DNA of 64,000 nucleotides. Source: Chrysomallon squamiferum. Taxonomy: Eukaryota > Animalia > Mollusca. A model generated the notes under the pieces. The model saw only the letters and a list, made by a program, of their open reading frames with translations, ran no database searches and was not told where the DNA came from. Location of the stretch: assembly GCA_012295275.1 (NCBI GenBank), contig CM022668.1, positions 14,818,001 to 14,882,000 on the forward strand, given 5' to 3'. Both the position numbers and the translations under genes were made by a program. Shown piece by piece: positions 1-13,457 of the stretch. Within the stretch, counting starts at the first letter, position 1, and every line of letters starts with the position of its first letter.

Positions 1-119
1 GGACCTAATTTGTTTTGATGTGTTCTTTCAAAAAAAAAAAAAAAAAAAAAAAAGTCTTGAGAAAGCGAGAAAGAGCATGCGAGAGACAAGGGCAATGAGC
101 ACTATATATATATATGTAT

Positions 120-197
<78 letters not shown>

Positions 198-264
198 AAT
201 GAATTATTAATAAAAATTTCGTTCAGTAAGAATATAAATCAGCCTACATTTTCACTTCGTTTTA

Positions 265-303
<39 letters not shown>

Positions 304-715
304 AACTGATAATAATAACATAATATATAACGTAATAGTAGTAACAATAGAACCAGTAAAAACTTATACACAGACAAAATAAAGTATGCATATATATGCT
401 TACTTATTAATAAAATATAAACGCATGCATTAATACAGATACATTATTATTATTACTGCTATTTCTATTATTACTACTACTACTACCACCACTACCACTA
501 CCACCACTAACAACAGCTACAGGTACCAGAACAAAGCTAGCCGGCAGCCAGAAAACCAACTGTGATTATTTGAATCTAATAAATAACTTTTGTTTGTTTT
601 GTTTTTTTACTGTTTATTGTATATATATAAAATACAGGTCCGGAAGAACCGGATAATCAACAAATCTGGTTCATCCCAGGTCCCAAGATTACTGGATAAA
701 TGGTATGGTAACCGT

Positions 716-758
<43 letters not shown>

Positions 759-762
759 CTAT

Positions 763-794
<32 letters not shown>

Positions 795-858
795 TTCCTC
801 CTCCTCCTACTAGTGCTATTACTACTACTACTACTTCTAATACTATCACTACCACTAT

Positions 859-895
<37 letters not shown>

Positions 896-1042
896 GCTGC
901 TGCTGCTACTTCTGTTACTGTTACTACTGCTGTTGTCGTTGTATTGCTCATGTTATTGCTATTGCAATTGCTATTATTATTGTTGTTATTGTTATTGTCG
1001 TTGTTGTTAATCATTGTTGTTGTTTTTATGATTACCATGAAG

Positions 1043-1073
<31 letters not shown>

Positions 1074-1842
1074 AATAATAATAATAACAAAAATTAAATT
1101 TAAAAAAATAATTTCTTAGTAATATATTAATCTTTCATCTGTTTCATGAGAAAGTCAGGTGCACTTTAATTTAAACAGCAGATGACGTAAACAATTCTTC
1201 GTGATGGCGTGCTTAAACCAGCCAATCAGCGGTCGATGTCAGCGGAATCATCTAGATAGACAGTGTCATTATCAACAATTTATTTTTCGTCCGCGTTTTT
1301 GCGTGGACCTTAAGACTGCGGTGTCGACATTTGTAAACAGTTTACGTAAACTGTCGGCGTAAGTGATGTGTATTGGGACAAAATTACCATCAACAGGTTT
1401 ATTTATAGTTCAGCATCTGCCGAAATATTGTCACTATGTCAGAAGTCTGCTGTTTTCTGCTGCTTGTAATGAATTTATAATATATCAATACAAAATAGAT
1501 TTCAGAAAAAAAGGGAGATAGAATAGGGACATAGTTATTAATTAATATGCGTGTGTATGTGTATCTAAAAATGTGCGTGTATGTATGCATGTTTGTGAGT
1601 ATGTGTGTATATATGTATGTAAGTAAGAATGTGTATGTGTATGTGTACATGCATATGTTTGCATATGTGTGGTATGTATGTATATGTATGTATGTATGTA
1701 TGTATAATAATAATGGGTTTTTTCTTGGGATGAATATTTGTGTTTATGTATGTGAGTGCGTATGTGTGTGTTTCTCTCTCTCATTTATACTGTATGCTGG
1801 TGTGTCACGTATATACGTCTGTACGTGTGTAAAATTAAGTAG

Positions 1843-1923
<81 letters not shown>

Positions 1924-2267
1924 CGCTGTACTAAACATCTAGTTGTCTAAGAGCTGGTTTCTCTGTTACACAAGTCTGTTAACACGTAGATAGAACTGAC
2001 GTAAATGAGAATTGTGAAGTTTATGTGAGAGATAAGACAGGAACGGACAGTAAACGGGTGAGAGGAAGAATGTCTTATTTATTTTGTGAGTAGTGAATAT
2101 TCTCTCGTATCAAACTCGGTCTCATGAATGTTTGGCAATATTATTTTTAAACTGGCGTTGAAATATTTTATGTATCGTGTGTTGAAAAGATGACCAAATT
2201 ATTCAGATCATTTTTGATTCATTAACAGACAGTTATGAAGATCGGGGGTATGCTAATGAATAATAAA

Positions 2268-2342
<75 letters not shown>

Positions 2343-2652
2343 GAAGAAGAAGAAGAAGAAGAAGAAAAAAAAGAAGAAGAAGAAGAAGAAAGTAAACAAC
2401 GACTGAAATAGAAACAGACCAACAGCGATATTAATTAATTTATTTTGCAAGTAGCGAATATCCTGCCATATCAAGTTCGGGCTGTTAAATGTTTAAAAAT
2501 ATTAGTTCAACGTAATTTGAAATATTTGTAAATAATTATGATAACAGTTCGTGTGGTGTGGGTTTCGCAAAGTTGACTAAGATATTCAGTACATTTTTGA
2601 TTCGATAGCTGTCTAATATGAAGATGGGGATGATTACTGATAATGAATAAAG

Positions 2653-2744
<92 letters not shown>

Positions 2745-3568
2745 CAGTAACACCATGACATGAAGATCTAGCTTATTTTAATGATATCAAAATTACGTGT
2801 TTTCAAAAATATCTGTCCATTCATTGATTATTTCATTTTCTGTTCGTTTTCTATTCATCCATTCATTCATTCATTCATTTATTCTTTCTTTCTCTGATCC
2901 CTCGTTTACTCCCGTCATCTAAACCTATCACAAGAAACAAAAAAAAAACAACAACACATAAACTATGAGATTTTATAAATCGGCCACAGCACCACACATT
3001 AGGAGATGGAAGTAATAAGAATCGATCCCGCGACCACTTGAAGTCTCATTCCACGGATTCAAAGATTGCTCTTTTACAGCCACGAAGTGTTACGGTCACG
3101 CTGAGACGGGAATGAACATTTTTCTTTTTGGGGGGCAGTTAGTTTAGTTCGTACAGCCAGACAGTGTCAAGAAACCAGATCAAACGTTAAAGAAGGCAAA
3201 CAGTTTTGTGTAAGTGAGACGCCAAATAACCAGAAGATCTGCGGCTATTCAAGGCTGTTTTGCCGCGTGCAGATTATACGGAATAAGGTAAGTAGCGAAA
3301 ACACGGCGAAATGCATGTAGAAAGTGAAGATGTCTTCTATTTGATAGGGGAAATGAACTGTCCGTTTTGGGGGTTTTTTTTACTAAATTATTTTACGACA
3401 GTATGTGTTAGATTATTATAATTCATTCATTCTTCTGTCTGTTGGTATCTGTCTATCATTTCTCTCTCTCACTGTCTATTTCTCTTTCTCTCTCTTTCTG
3501 TCTCCGATATTTTCTGTTATAATTTTCATGTCTCTCTTTCTTTCAGTCCCTGACACTTTCTGTCTATC

Positions 3569-3647
<79 letters not shown>

Positions 3648-3874
3648 CCTTTGGTTTCTAGAACAGCAATATCCTTGGCTTGAATAATCCTATAATCCTT
3701 AAAAAACATTTACAACAGGACATACGGACTTACGACTCCATCGAAAGGTCTCCATATTTATGCTTCGAACTAAAACATTTTACAGTTGTACAAGCTTTAA
3801 ACTGGTTGAAATAAGTTTAAACATACTTGCATCATTTGCTTTTATTTCTTTATCATTCTTTCATTCTTACTAGA

Positions 3875-3956
<82 letters not shown>

Positions 3957-4059
3957 CGCTGTATTAAACTATTAGAGAATTAGAAATAGGAAAAAACAAA
4001 AAGTGGACAAGAAAATGAATAAAACAATGAAATAAAGATAGAAAGCTGAAGATGCATAA

Positions 4060-4092
<33 letters not shown>

Positions 4093-4181
4093 AAATAAAT
4101 TAAAACAAAAAAAAGTGAGAAAAAAAAAAGTTCAGAAAAAACAACAACAGAGAAGACAAAATATATCTTCTTACATCAAAG

Positions 4182-4219
<38 letters not shown>

Positions 4220-4672
4220 AGAAGAAGAAAAGGAAAAAGAAACAAAATGGATTGGTTTCGTTTCAGACAACACGAACGTATCAATTTCTAATTACTTGTT
4301 ACACCTATTTCCGGTCGTGGGTTGGAATCCGTTTGTAACTCACGCCAAGTTGGCTGTAGATTTCAGAAAAAAATACCAGTTTCATTAAGTCCTGCCTAAA
4401 TCACGACTTTATATCCAATTATAACCAAGAATTGAGTTGGAATGGATGTTAGCTAATGAAGTGTATCGTACCGTTGCAAATTAAGTACACAAGTAACAAA
4501 TACTGGAAGTTAACAACGCATCAATGTGTGTGTTTGTATAGATACACACGTGCGTGTATGTTTTGATAACGTTGTAGGAACAAGTAGGTTATTAAATGTA
4601 ATAATAATAATAATAATAATTTCTAATAATTTCTGAAAAGCGAAAAACGCTTCAGATAAATAAATAAATAGA

Positions 4673-4711
<39 letters not shown>

Positions 4712-4849
4712 CAACAGCAGCAGCAGCAGCAGTAATCGTCGCGGTATCGTTTATTTAACTAAGCTTCATTCTGCATTATTCCTTGGCTTTAATTCGATAT
4801 CAGTTCTAGTTTCAGTTAAAAAAAATCCAATCAACCAATGAAAACCCAC

Positions 4850-5121
4850 CTTTACGTAACAAGTGCTCTCTGTAACGTCCGAGCGTGCAGTTCCACCGCT
4901 CCGATTTGAACTGGTATCTGCATTCGTACAGAGAAAGTTTCGATGCCTCCAGGAGGGTTTCGGCTACTCCTTTGCCCCGCCTACACATTCGTTTCTGTTT
5001 TCTTTGCAGTTTCAACATTTCACAGAGTTTTCCAGATGACATTTTGTGACGTTCCAACTTGTAGATCTCAGTTGGGTCTAGATCTTGAGACAGAGAGAGA
5101 ATTGGCTCTCTCGCCGTCAAA
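4850..5121 (-). CDS. Wnt9: Wnt9 coding exon 2 (gene continues left of the window)
   Basis: Translates (G)LTAREPILSLSQ...KLCEMLKLQRKQKRMCRRGKGVAETLLEASKLSLYECRYQFKSERWNCTLGRYREHLLRK(G). ECxxQF-ERWNC is the Wnt motif, and 'CRRGKGVAETL' resembles Wnt9 'CRRDPGVAETL'. Acceptor tttttaattccag| at 5122, donor |gtgggt at 4849. Length 272 nt, phase 2 in, phase 1 out. Confidence 0.93.
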
Positions 5122-5149
5122 CTGGAATTAAAAAAGAAAAGAAATTTTG

Positions 5150-5193
<44 letters not shown>

Positions 5194-5566
5194 TAAAGCA
5201 AATGACTGTTTGTCACCTGTCTGTTTGCATGTTTGTTAATTACGTGCGTCTGTGTGTATCATCTCTCTGTCTCTTATACAAAGTACTAATATTTAACAGA
5301 GTAGTAATAATAGCAACAGTAGAATCAATAACATTTGTTATTGTTATTTTGTTACCTGTCTGTTAGTAGTAGTAGCATGTTTGTTAATTACGGTACATGT
5401 AATAGCAGGAGTAGTAGTAGTATTGTAAATATAATAGTAGCGCATTCACGCACACATACAGCAACAACAGCAACAACAATTAGTCATCAAATACAACTAG
5501 TAGCTAGTCAAAATAATTGAAATCCTAGTGAATTTCTTTAAAAATTAAATATGTAATTATTTAAAA

Positions 5567-5633
<67 letters not shown>

Positions 5634-6323
5634 ATTATACTATATCCCCAAACGTTTTTAAAAAAGATCTCATAATTAGTGCAAGAGACCCGGTATGGGT
5701 AAACTCTCATTTAACAAAAATGTGTTAATTCCAAAGCGTATTCTAAAGCACCTCTAATTAATTATAACTGTCTAATTATTTACTCTCGTTTCTGACAGCT
5801 CCGGAATTTCGAAAAACACATTTTATTTCGGCAGTAGCTGTTCTTCAGTCGTCAATGAACGCATTTACCGGTCATGACAACGAATACTTTTCGCGAAACT
5901 TACTCGAAGGAGAAAGCGTTTTCGCCTCGTTTTCGCGAGCGAAACAGACATTATTCATAGGTGGACCAGTTGGTCAGGTACGAGATGATCTGTAACCGAC
6001 GACCTCTTCCCGCAGATTGCATCAATCACGTGATTTCCAGCACACCTGGTCGCGATATAGACATCCCATTATTTAGAACGGTATTTCAAGAGTCCCGTTA
6101 TTTCCGAGAGACATCTGCGCTGTCGGTTTCTCTACAACGCGAAATTGACACACAGTCTTGCAAAGTACATCAGTTCGCGGGAGTGATGACGTCAGCAGTG
6201 TTTTGGAATAGATGCTAATTTCTAAACAACTAGACTTTTGCTGTAATCACATTATTATTATTATTTGGTTTAAATTATTATAGTAATTATAATTATAATT
6301 ATTATTAAAAAAAATAATAATAA

Positions 6324-6358
<35 letters not shown>

Positions 6359-6578
6359 AGAAGAAGATAATGCTGATGATGACGAAGAAGAAATAAAGAA
6401 ATATAAAATAACAATACATAACAAAAATGTTATGGAACTAAAATATTAAAAATATAATAATAAAGACAAAACTAAAAACGAAACGATTAAAAATAAAAAT
6501 ACTAAATAATTTATTTACATATTCCCTGTTTATATTCGATTTATATTCGATAGATAAACAATATTATTTATTAACTGA

Positions 6579-6638
<60 letters not shown>

Positions 6639-6940
6639 TAATAATAATAAATAAATAAAAACAAAAGTAAATTTCTTGTAAAATTCTAAAGAGACCTAGA
6701 CGGGATTATACCGGTGTTTAATTTCACTTGACCGTGAAATAAACACGTTATGTCTCTTTCTGATTCATGTATATTTCAGGCAGTGATGGGTCGTGTCACT
6801 GAGTTGTTTGTTTCACCTGGCGGGAAAGCGTCTCAGACAGCAGGTAATGAGTGTCGCTTAATAAAAGTAATTCATTTAACGCGACGCACTCAGGAATCGT
6901 TAACAATTTAGGTTACTTATGTAGAAAATACATTTATACT

Positions 6941-7005
<65 letters not shown>

Positions 7006-7232
7006 TTGAAAGTTTGTATGTATGTGTGTGTGTGTGTGTGTGTGCTCTGTGTATATATTTATATATGTCTGCATGTGTGTATGTGTGTATATACATTCAG
7101 ACATAAACAGTTTCATAAAATATTAGGTAAATAATAATAATAACAACAACAACAACAACAATACCAAGAACAACAGTAACAACAATAATAATAGTAATAA
7201 TAATGATACTAATAATACTACTACTACAAATA

Positions 7233-7280
<48 letters not shown>

Positions 7281-7967
7281 TTATGCGGATAATAATAACA
7301 ACAATTTCAGTCACACCAAGAACAACAGTAACAACAATAATAATAGTAACAATACTACTACTACTACTACTAATAATAATGATTATGCTGATAACAACAA
7401 CAACAACAACAACCACCACCACCACCACCACCACCAACAACAACAATAATAATGCCACATCCACACAGTCTAAAAAAAAAAATTTAAATAATTCTAACGT
7501 ACATTCACATACAGAACACGGCGCTCGTTTTTAATCACTCATATTTACATCATCTGTACGTCGTTTTGCTGACGGTTTTGCTGAATGATGCTGTCGGACA
7601 TCAAGATTAATATTAATATGAATCGTTAACTATTGAAAATAACCTCTGCCACGTACGACCTGTTGAAATATTTCATAACGGGGCAAAAATGTGGCGCTTC
7701 GCACTAACAGAAGCGAGTAACGTAATGATTTATTTTTTGAAGTGTTGATTTTGGCGGTAAATAGCGCGTGAGTGAAATATCCTTGTTTATAAATATCTCT
7801 CTATCTCTATCTATATATATATATATATATACACATACATACACACACACACACACACACATTCATAGATAGATACATAAATAGATACACACACATACAT
7901 ACGAACGTACATACACCCACATATATATATATATGTATGAATGTATATATTTATATATCTGTATGTA

Positions 7968-8000
<33 letters not shown>

Positions 8001-8378
8001 GACATAATTGTGATGACTTTAATTGTGACTTTTTTTTAAGGTGCAGTAACTGAGAAAGATTTAAAGAAACCTAATATTTAATTTATAAGAAATTTTCAAC
8101 CAAAATTATCAAGTAACTTTTAATAATTTAATATTCTGTGAAGCATTAAGTTTATTTGTAAGAATAGCTAAAATGTCATGGTATTTTTAAATATTAATGT
8201 CAGACATGTTGTTTTAAATGATGGAACAAACGCAGTGAAAAGGGTTATACCCAAAGCTAGGTAGTTCTCATATGTTACCCCATAAACTGGAAAATATATA
8301 AAGTCCTGAACTGATTAATAAACTTAATTATAGCTGGAATAATGATGATGATGATGATGATGATGATGAATATAATAA

Positions 8379-8469
<91 letters not shown>

Positions 8470-8518
8470 CACAACGACAACAAAAGTAATAATAATAATA
8501 ATAATAATAATAATAGTA

Positions 8519-8552
<34 letters not shown>

Positions 8553-8768
8553 CAGTAGTAGCAATAACAATAGCAATATCGATAATAAAAAAGATAATAA
8601 TGATGATGATAAAACAATAACACAAACCTATCTGCAAACCTAAAACTAGCGACGTTATTAAAGGTGTGACGTCATCGCTATTGTTACGTGACGTTCCTAT
8701 GTTACGGAAAACAATGGCGAAATTAGTTGTCGGAAAACTATTTCAAATGTAAGTTTGAAAAGTGAAAT

Positions 8769-8799
<31 letters not shown>

Positions 8800-9098
8800 T
8801 TTTTGGCAAAAGATTAATTATTTTTATTTCTGATATTATTTTAAGACGCCTGTTTGCCTGTCAGTATGTATGTGTGTGTGTATGTGCGTGCATCCATACC
8901 AACATGGAATTATATACACTTGAAAAAAAAAACAACCGATAAATAAATTATTTTTAAATGGTAAAATAATTCTAAAATAAGTGGTGCTACGATCACCGGC
9001 ACCACAACCACTGCTGTTGCAGTTGCTACTGCTACAACTACGGCATCCATGACAAATGTTATTATTGGTATACTGCTGCAGAAACCATGATTACCACG

Positions 9099-9147
<49 letters not shown>

Positions 9148-9308
9148 GAGGAATTCATTCAAAAAAATAAATTAAACGTAAATGACAATTAAGAAACAAT
9201 AAATAATGAATAGACGTAATGAAAATAAAATTAAGGAATAAAACGTTTTAATAAACAAACAAACAAACAAACAAACAAATAATAATAATAATAATAATCA
9301 TAATAATG

Positions 9309-9350
<42 letters not shown>

Positions 9351-9353
9351 CAA

Positions 9354-9448
<95 letters not shown>

Positions 9449-9765
9449 ATGATTTCTTATAATTATAAAGAAGAAAGCCGGACTAAATTATTAATAAAGA
9501 TAACTGTTATGATCAACTTAAATAAATCAATAAACGATCGAACAAACAAACAGTGCACGAAACATAGAAATAAAATAAAATAAAATAAAACAAACAAACA
9601 AACAAACAAACAAACAAACAAACAAACAAACAGACGGACAGACAGACAGTTTATGAAATCACCAACCAGCTTAAAAATCGTTTAGACTCAACAACCTTTG
9701 AATCAACGCAGCAAAAAAAAACAACAAAAAAACAAAAATAAAATAATAAATAAACAGACACTTAC

Positions 9766-9845
9766 CCGAAGTATCCAAATATCACTGGAAGCGACAGAAT
9801 TAAAACCAACTGATTGATAAAAATGTCTTTATAGGGTCGGATCAT
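9766..9845 (-). CDS. Wnt9: Wnt9 coding exon 1 (signal peptide)
   Basis: Not in the ORF track. ATG at 9845 reads MIRPYKDIFINQLVLILSLPVIFGYF-gg|gtaagt. The phase-2 GG joins the T at 5121 to give YFG-LTAREP, matching the Wnt9 mature N-terminus (YFGLTG-EP in vertebrate Wnt9). An in-frame stop at 9897-9899 makes this the first in-frame ATG. Confidence 0.9.
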
Positions 9846-10201
9846 CTTGTTTGATAATTCTGGATCCCCACGACATTTCCAAAAAGTGTTCGTACCTCAC
9901 TCATGTTGTAGCTGGGTTTCCCAACACGTGAAACATCGCTTCAATCTGTCTGAGAGAGAACAAATCCAGCAGCTAGCTCGAGCGCACGTAAAGAAATGAA
10001 CACGTCGTAGCCGAAACTGACATCCGTGAAATGAAATATACAAGTATAGCGATGACGAAAAACAGGTATGAATCCTCTGTGAGAATTAAAATAAATATAT
10101 ATATATATATATTTTTTTAATACATATATATATATATATGTGTGTGTGTGTGTATTAATAAACACTGTCTTCCTTCGAATCCAAGAAATGGAAAATTAAT
10201 T

Positions 10202-10243
<42 letters not shown>

Positions 10244-10579
10244 TTATATATACCTGTAGTAGCAATCCAAATAAACAACCAGGAAAGTGATAAAATATTT
10301 TTATATTTTTAAATTAATTTCCGAATCCAAAAATGTAGTTATTTTTCTATATCTCTTATTTCAGAGATTAGACAAAAATCCAAAGATGAATTCTTCTTTT
10401 TCTTCTTCTTATTTATTTTCTTCTCGCCGTGAGTATTAATTCCGAACCAGTAACTGCAAAAATGTTGTCTGATATTTATTTATCAATTTTTAAAATATTT
10501 AAAAATAAAATACAAAAAGTTCATCTCTCAGAAATACTCCAGAGTCATTTCTTTTAAGATCACACCAAAAAAAAAAAAA

Positions 10580-10616
<37 letters not shown>

Positions 10617-10959
10617 AAAATAATTATCCACTAATTTTAATTCCTGGATCACACGAAAAAAATATCCAACATTTTTAATTTCCACATCACACGAAAAAAA
10701 AAAAAAAAAAATATCCATTAATTTTTTTTTTTTTTTTTTTTTCAGATCACACGAAGATATTTTTATGTGGTTTCATTTCACACAGAAGATTTCACAAAAT
10801 GTCTTTTTCTGTGCTGATTCTAGAAGTAAAAAAAAAAAAAAAAAAAAAATAAAATAAAATAAAATAAAAAAGATTTAAAAAAAAGAAGAAAAGAAAGTCG
10901 AAATTGCGAAGAACTGTGTGAATCTTTTCAACCACGACTGGATGACTTGTAGACAGCCC

Positions 10960-11130
10960 GCTGACTGACTTACTTACTTACTTACTCACACACACACAGA
11001 ACGACGACGACGAAGAAGAAGAGGACGAGCTCAATCCTCGAATATCAATGTCGTAAACATTCTTCTGCTAAACGGGGGCGGCCACACCCACCGCCAGCAC
11101 TGCGCATGTACATCATGCGCGCGCGCGTGT
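10960..11130 (-). promoter_or_regulatory. Putative Wnt9 promoter
   Basis: CpG-rich patch about 1.1-1.3 kb upstream of the Wnt9 ATG. It has a GC box GGGGCGG (11075-11081), a CCACACCC KLF box (11082-11089), TGCGCATG/GCGCGC runs (11101-11127) and an Inr-like TCAGTC on the minus strand (10963-10968). The TSS is inferred. Confidence 0.5.
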
Positions 11131-11478
11131 CAAGCGAGTTTCGCCAACATCTCATTAATAAAGAAAACAAAAACAAAAAAAACGGAAGAGACTATTATGA
11201 CAGGAATGGAAATTCAAGGGGAGGGTTGTGGAGGGGGGAGGGGGGACACAGGGCGCTGATGGCTATTTTAAGCGTCGCGATGAAGGGAATAAAAATTATA
11301 TAAATAAAAAGTGGAGTGGAAAAAACGAAAAAGAAAAACGTAGAGAGTGAGCGAAGTCCTTTGATCTTACAAGCTGTGGTTAAACTCGTTTTCCAAGGTT
11401 GCGTCTCAACAGCGCTCGCTTTTTAATCTGCTGGATATTGCCAGATGTTTTACCAGTTTATCTTTCTTACAGTCCCCA

Positions 11479-11935
11479 GTACACAGTAATATGACTTGAA
11501 CAGTAGAACTGACGTACACAGTAATATGACTTAAACATTATAACTGTGGTACACAGCAATATGACTTAAACATTGTAACTGACGTACACAGTAATATGAC
11601 TTGAACAGTATAACTGACGTACACAGTAATATGACTTAAATATTATAATTGACGTACACAGTAATATGACTTAAACATTAGAACTGACGTACACAGTAAT
11701 ATGACTTAAACATTGTAACTGACGTACACAGTAATATGACTTAAACATTAGAACTGACGTACACAGTAATATTACTAAACTAGAACTGACGTACACAGTG
11801 ATATGACTTAAACTTTATAATTGACGTACATAGTAATATTACTAAACTAGAACTGACGTACACAGTAATATTACTAAACATTATAATTGACGTACACAGT
11901 AATATTACTAAACAGCACAACTGAGGTACATAGTG
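11479..11935. repeat. 35-bp minisatellite, about 13 copies
   Basis: Unit GTACACAGTAATATGACTTAAACATTATAACTGAC recurs at 11479, 11514, 11549, 11584 and onward. Later copies are shortened or degenerate. Confidence 0.95.
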
Positions 11936-12347
11936 AAATCTCTTAAATATTGCTGGAATTTCTTACACAGAACGTTACTTGAACACTGACTTAATTCTTA
12001 ATTTTATAGGCTCTTAGTTTAAAAACTGTATTCCTTAACTTTTATAATTATGAAGTTTCGGTTTTAAATCCACAGTATCTGTGTTTTGTATGGCCTTTAT
12101 TTATACATTATATATACATTAACAAAGCACATTATTTTAATTTTTGGCTGTCCATAGTCTCTATTACAAGTCCTTAATTTTCTTATTTATATTGTTTTGT
12201 ATAGGTTTCGTATAAGTACCTTGTTTCAACTAAATTCCTATTTATTAACTGTATCGTTTCAACTGCATAATTTCTAAATACTAAATGATTTTAATTTGTG
12301 GAATCGTTATTTCGTTATTATGCTGTCATTAATTTTAATTAATAATG

Positions 12348-12386
<39 letters not shown>

Positions 12387-13363
12387 TTTTATTTATTTAT
12401 TTATTATTATTATTATTATTATAATAAATGTTTTCCTTCTGTACCGTTACTGATTCCGTACTCGCGGGAACTCGCACGTGCAGAGGCGTGGCAAATCTTC
12501 ATTTCAGCTGCGTGACATCGTCCACAAAAAGGGTTAAGTGAAAAATGACCGCACCGTTTTTATTAATATTTAAAAAAAAAAAAAAAAAAAAAATAAAAAA
12601 ACACACAAACCGCGGAGAATTTTTTTTACTTTGAAAGCACAGATTATTATTATTTTCATTTTTTTACCCTTTGTAAACAAAAAAATTTAAAAAAAAAAAA
12701 AAATCTACGCAGCCAAGCAGAAAATAGAGTTATATTCAACTGTGTACGTACGTACGACTTGTCTGTCTGTCTGTGGGTAAAAAAAAAAAAAAAAAAGGTT
12801 ACGGTGTCAATTTCCTTGTCAACAGAACGGCTCTGGCTAAGTGAAACAGATATGTTTACAAACGCAATTAACACAACGAGGCCCGGCATTCAAGCTTTTC
12901 GCCGCCCGCTTTGCAAAACTACTTTGCCCAAACCTTTTGCGGTGGTCGCTTTGTGAGTTTTGCGTTACAGTTGAACACTGAAAAGGGAGTCATTTAGCGT
13001 CCGACAGACGCTGGCGGTCGTATTTTGGAGAGACGTGATTTTTAGCATCCCTGTCGCATTATTCGCTACGTTGGTGGTTTTTGTTGAAGTCTTTGCAAGT
13101 CGGGCGCGCTTTTCAGGCTCGTATGTTTACATGCCTATGAAAAGCACTTTTCTGTTAAAAGGGTTTATTTGTGTAACTGATGTTAGGAAATATATGTAGT
13201 TTGTTTGTGAGGATTACGTCGTTGTATTTTTTTTTTTTGGGTGGGAACGTAGTGAAGATCGAATGTAGTTAATTTGAAAACGATTGTAAATGTTGTACCT
13301 GGTTGGTTTTTTTTTTTTTTTTTTTTTTTCTTGTTGTTGTAATGATGAATGGAGGGATGGAGG

Positions 13364-13457
<94 letters not shown>

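Noticed and set aside
1-4849. Search for Wnt9 exon 3 (expected F(K/R)ETAF-like motif after the phase-1 intron)
   Set aside because: No such minus-strand frame was found by eye or in the ORF track, so the exon presumably lies left of the window. There is no evidence of pseudogenisation.
11479-11935. 35-bp periodic array superficially like a CRISPR array
   Set aside because: Units are contiguous with no unique spacers, there are no cas genes, and the context is eukaryotic.
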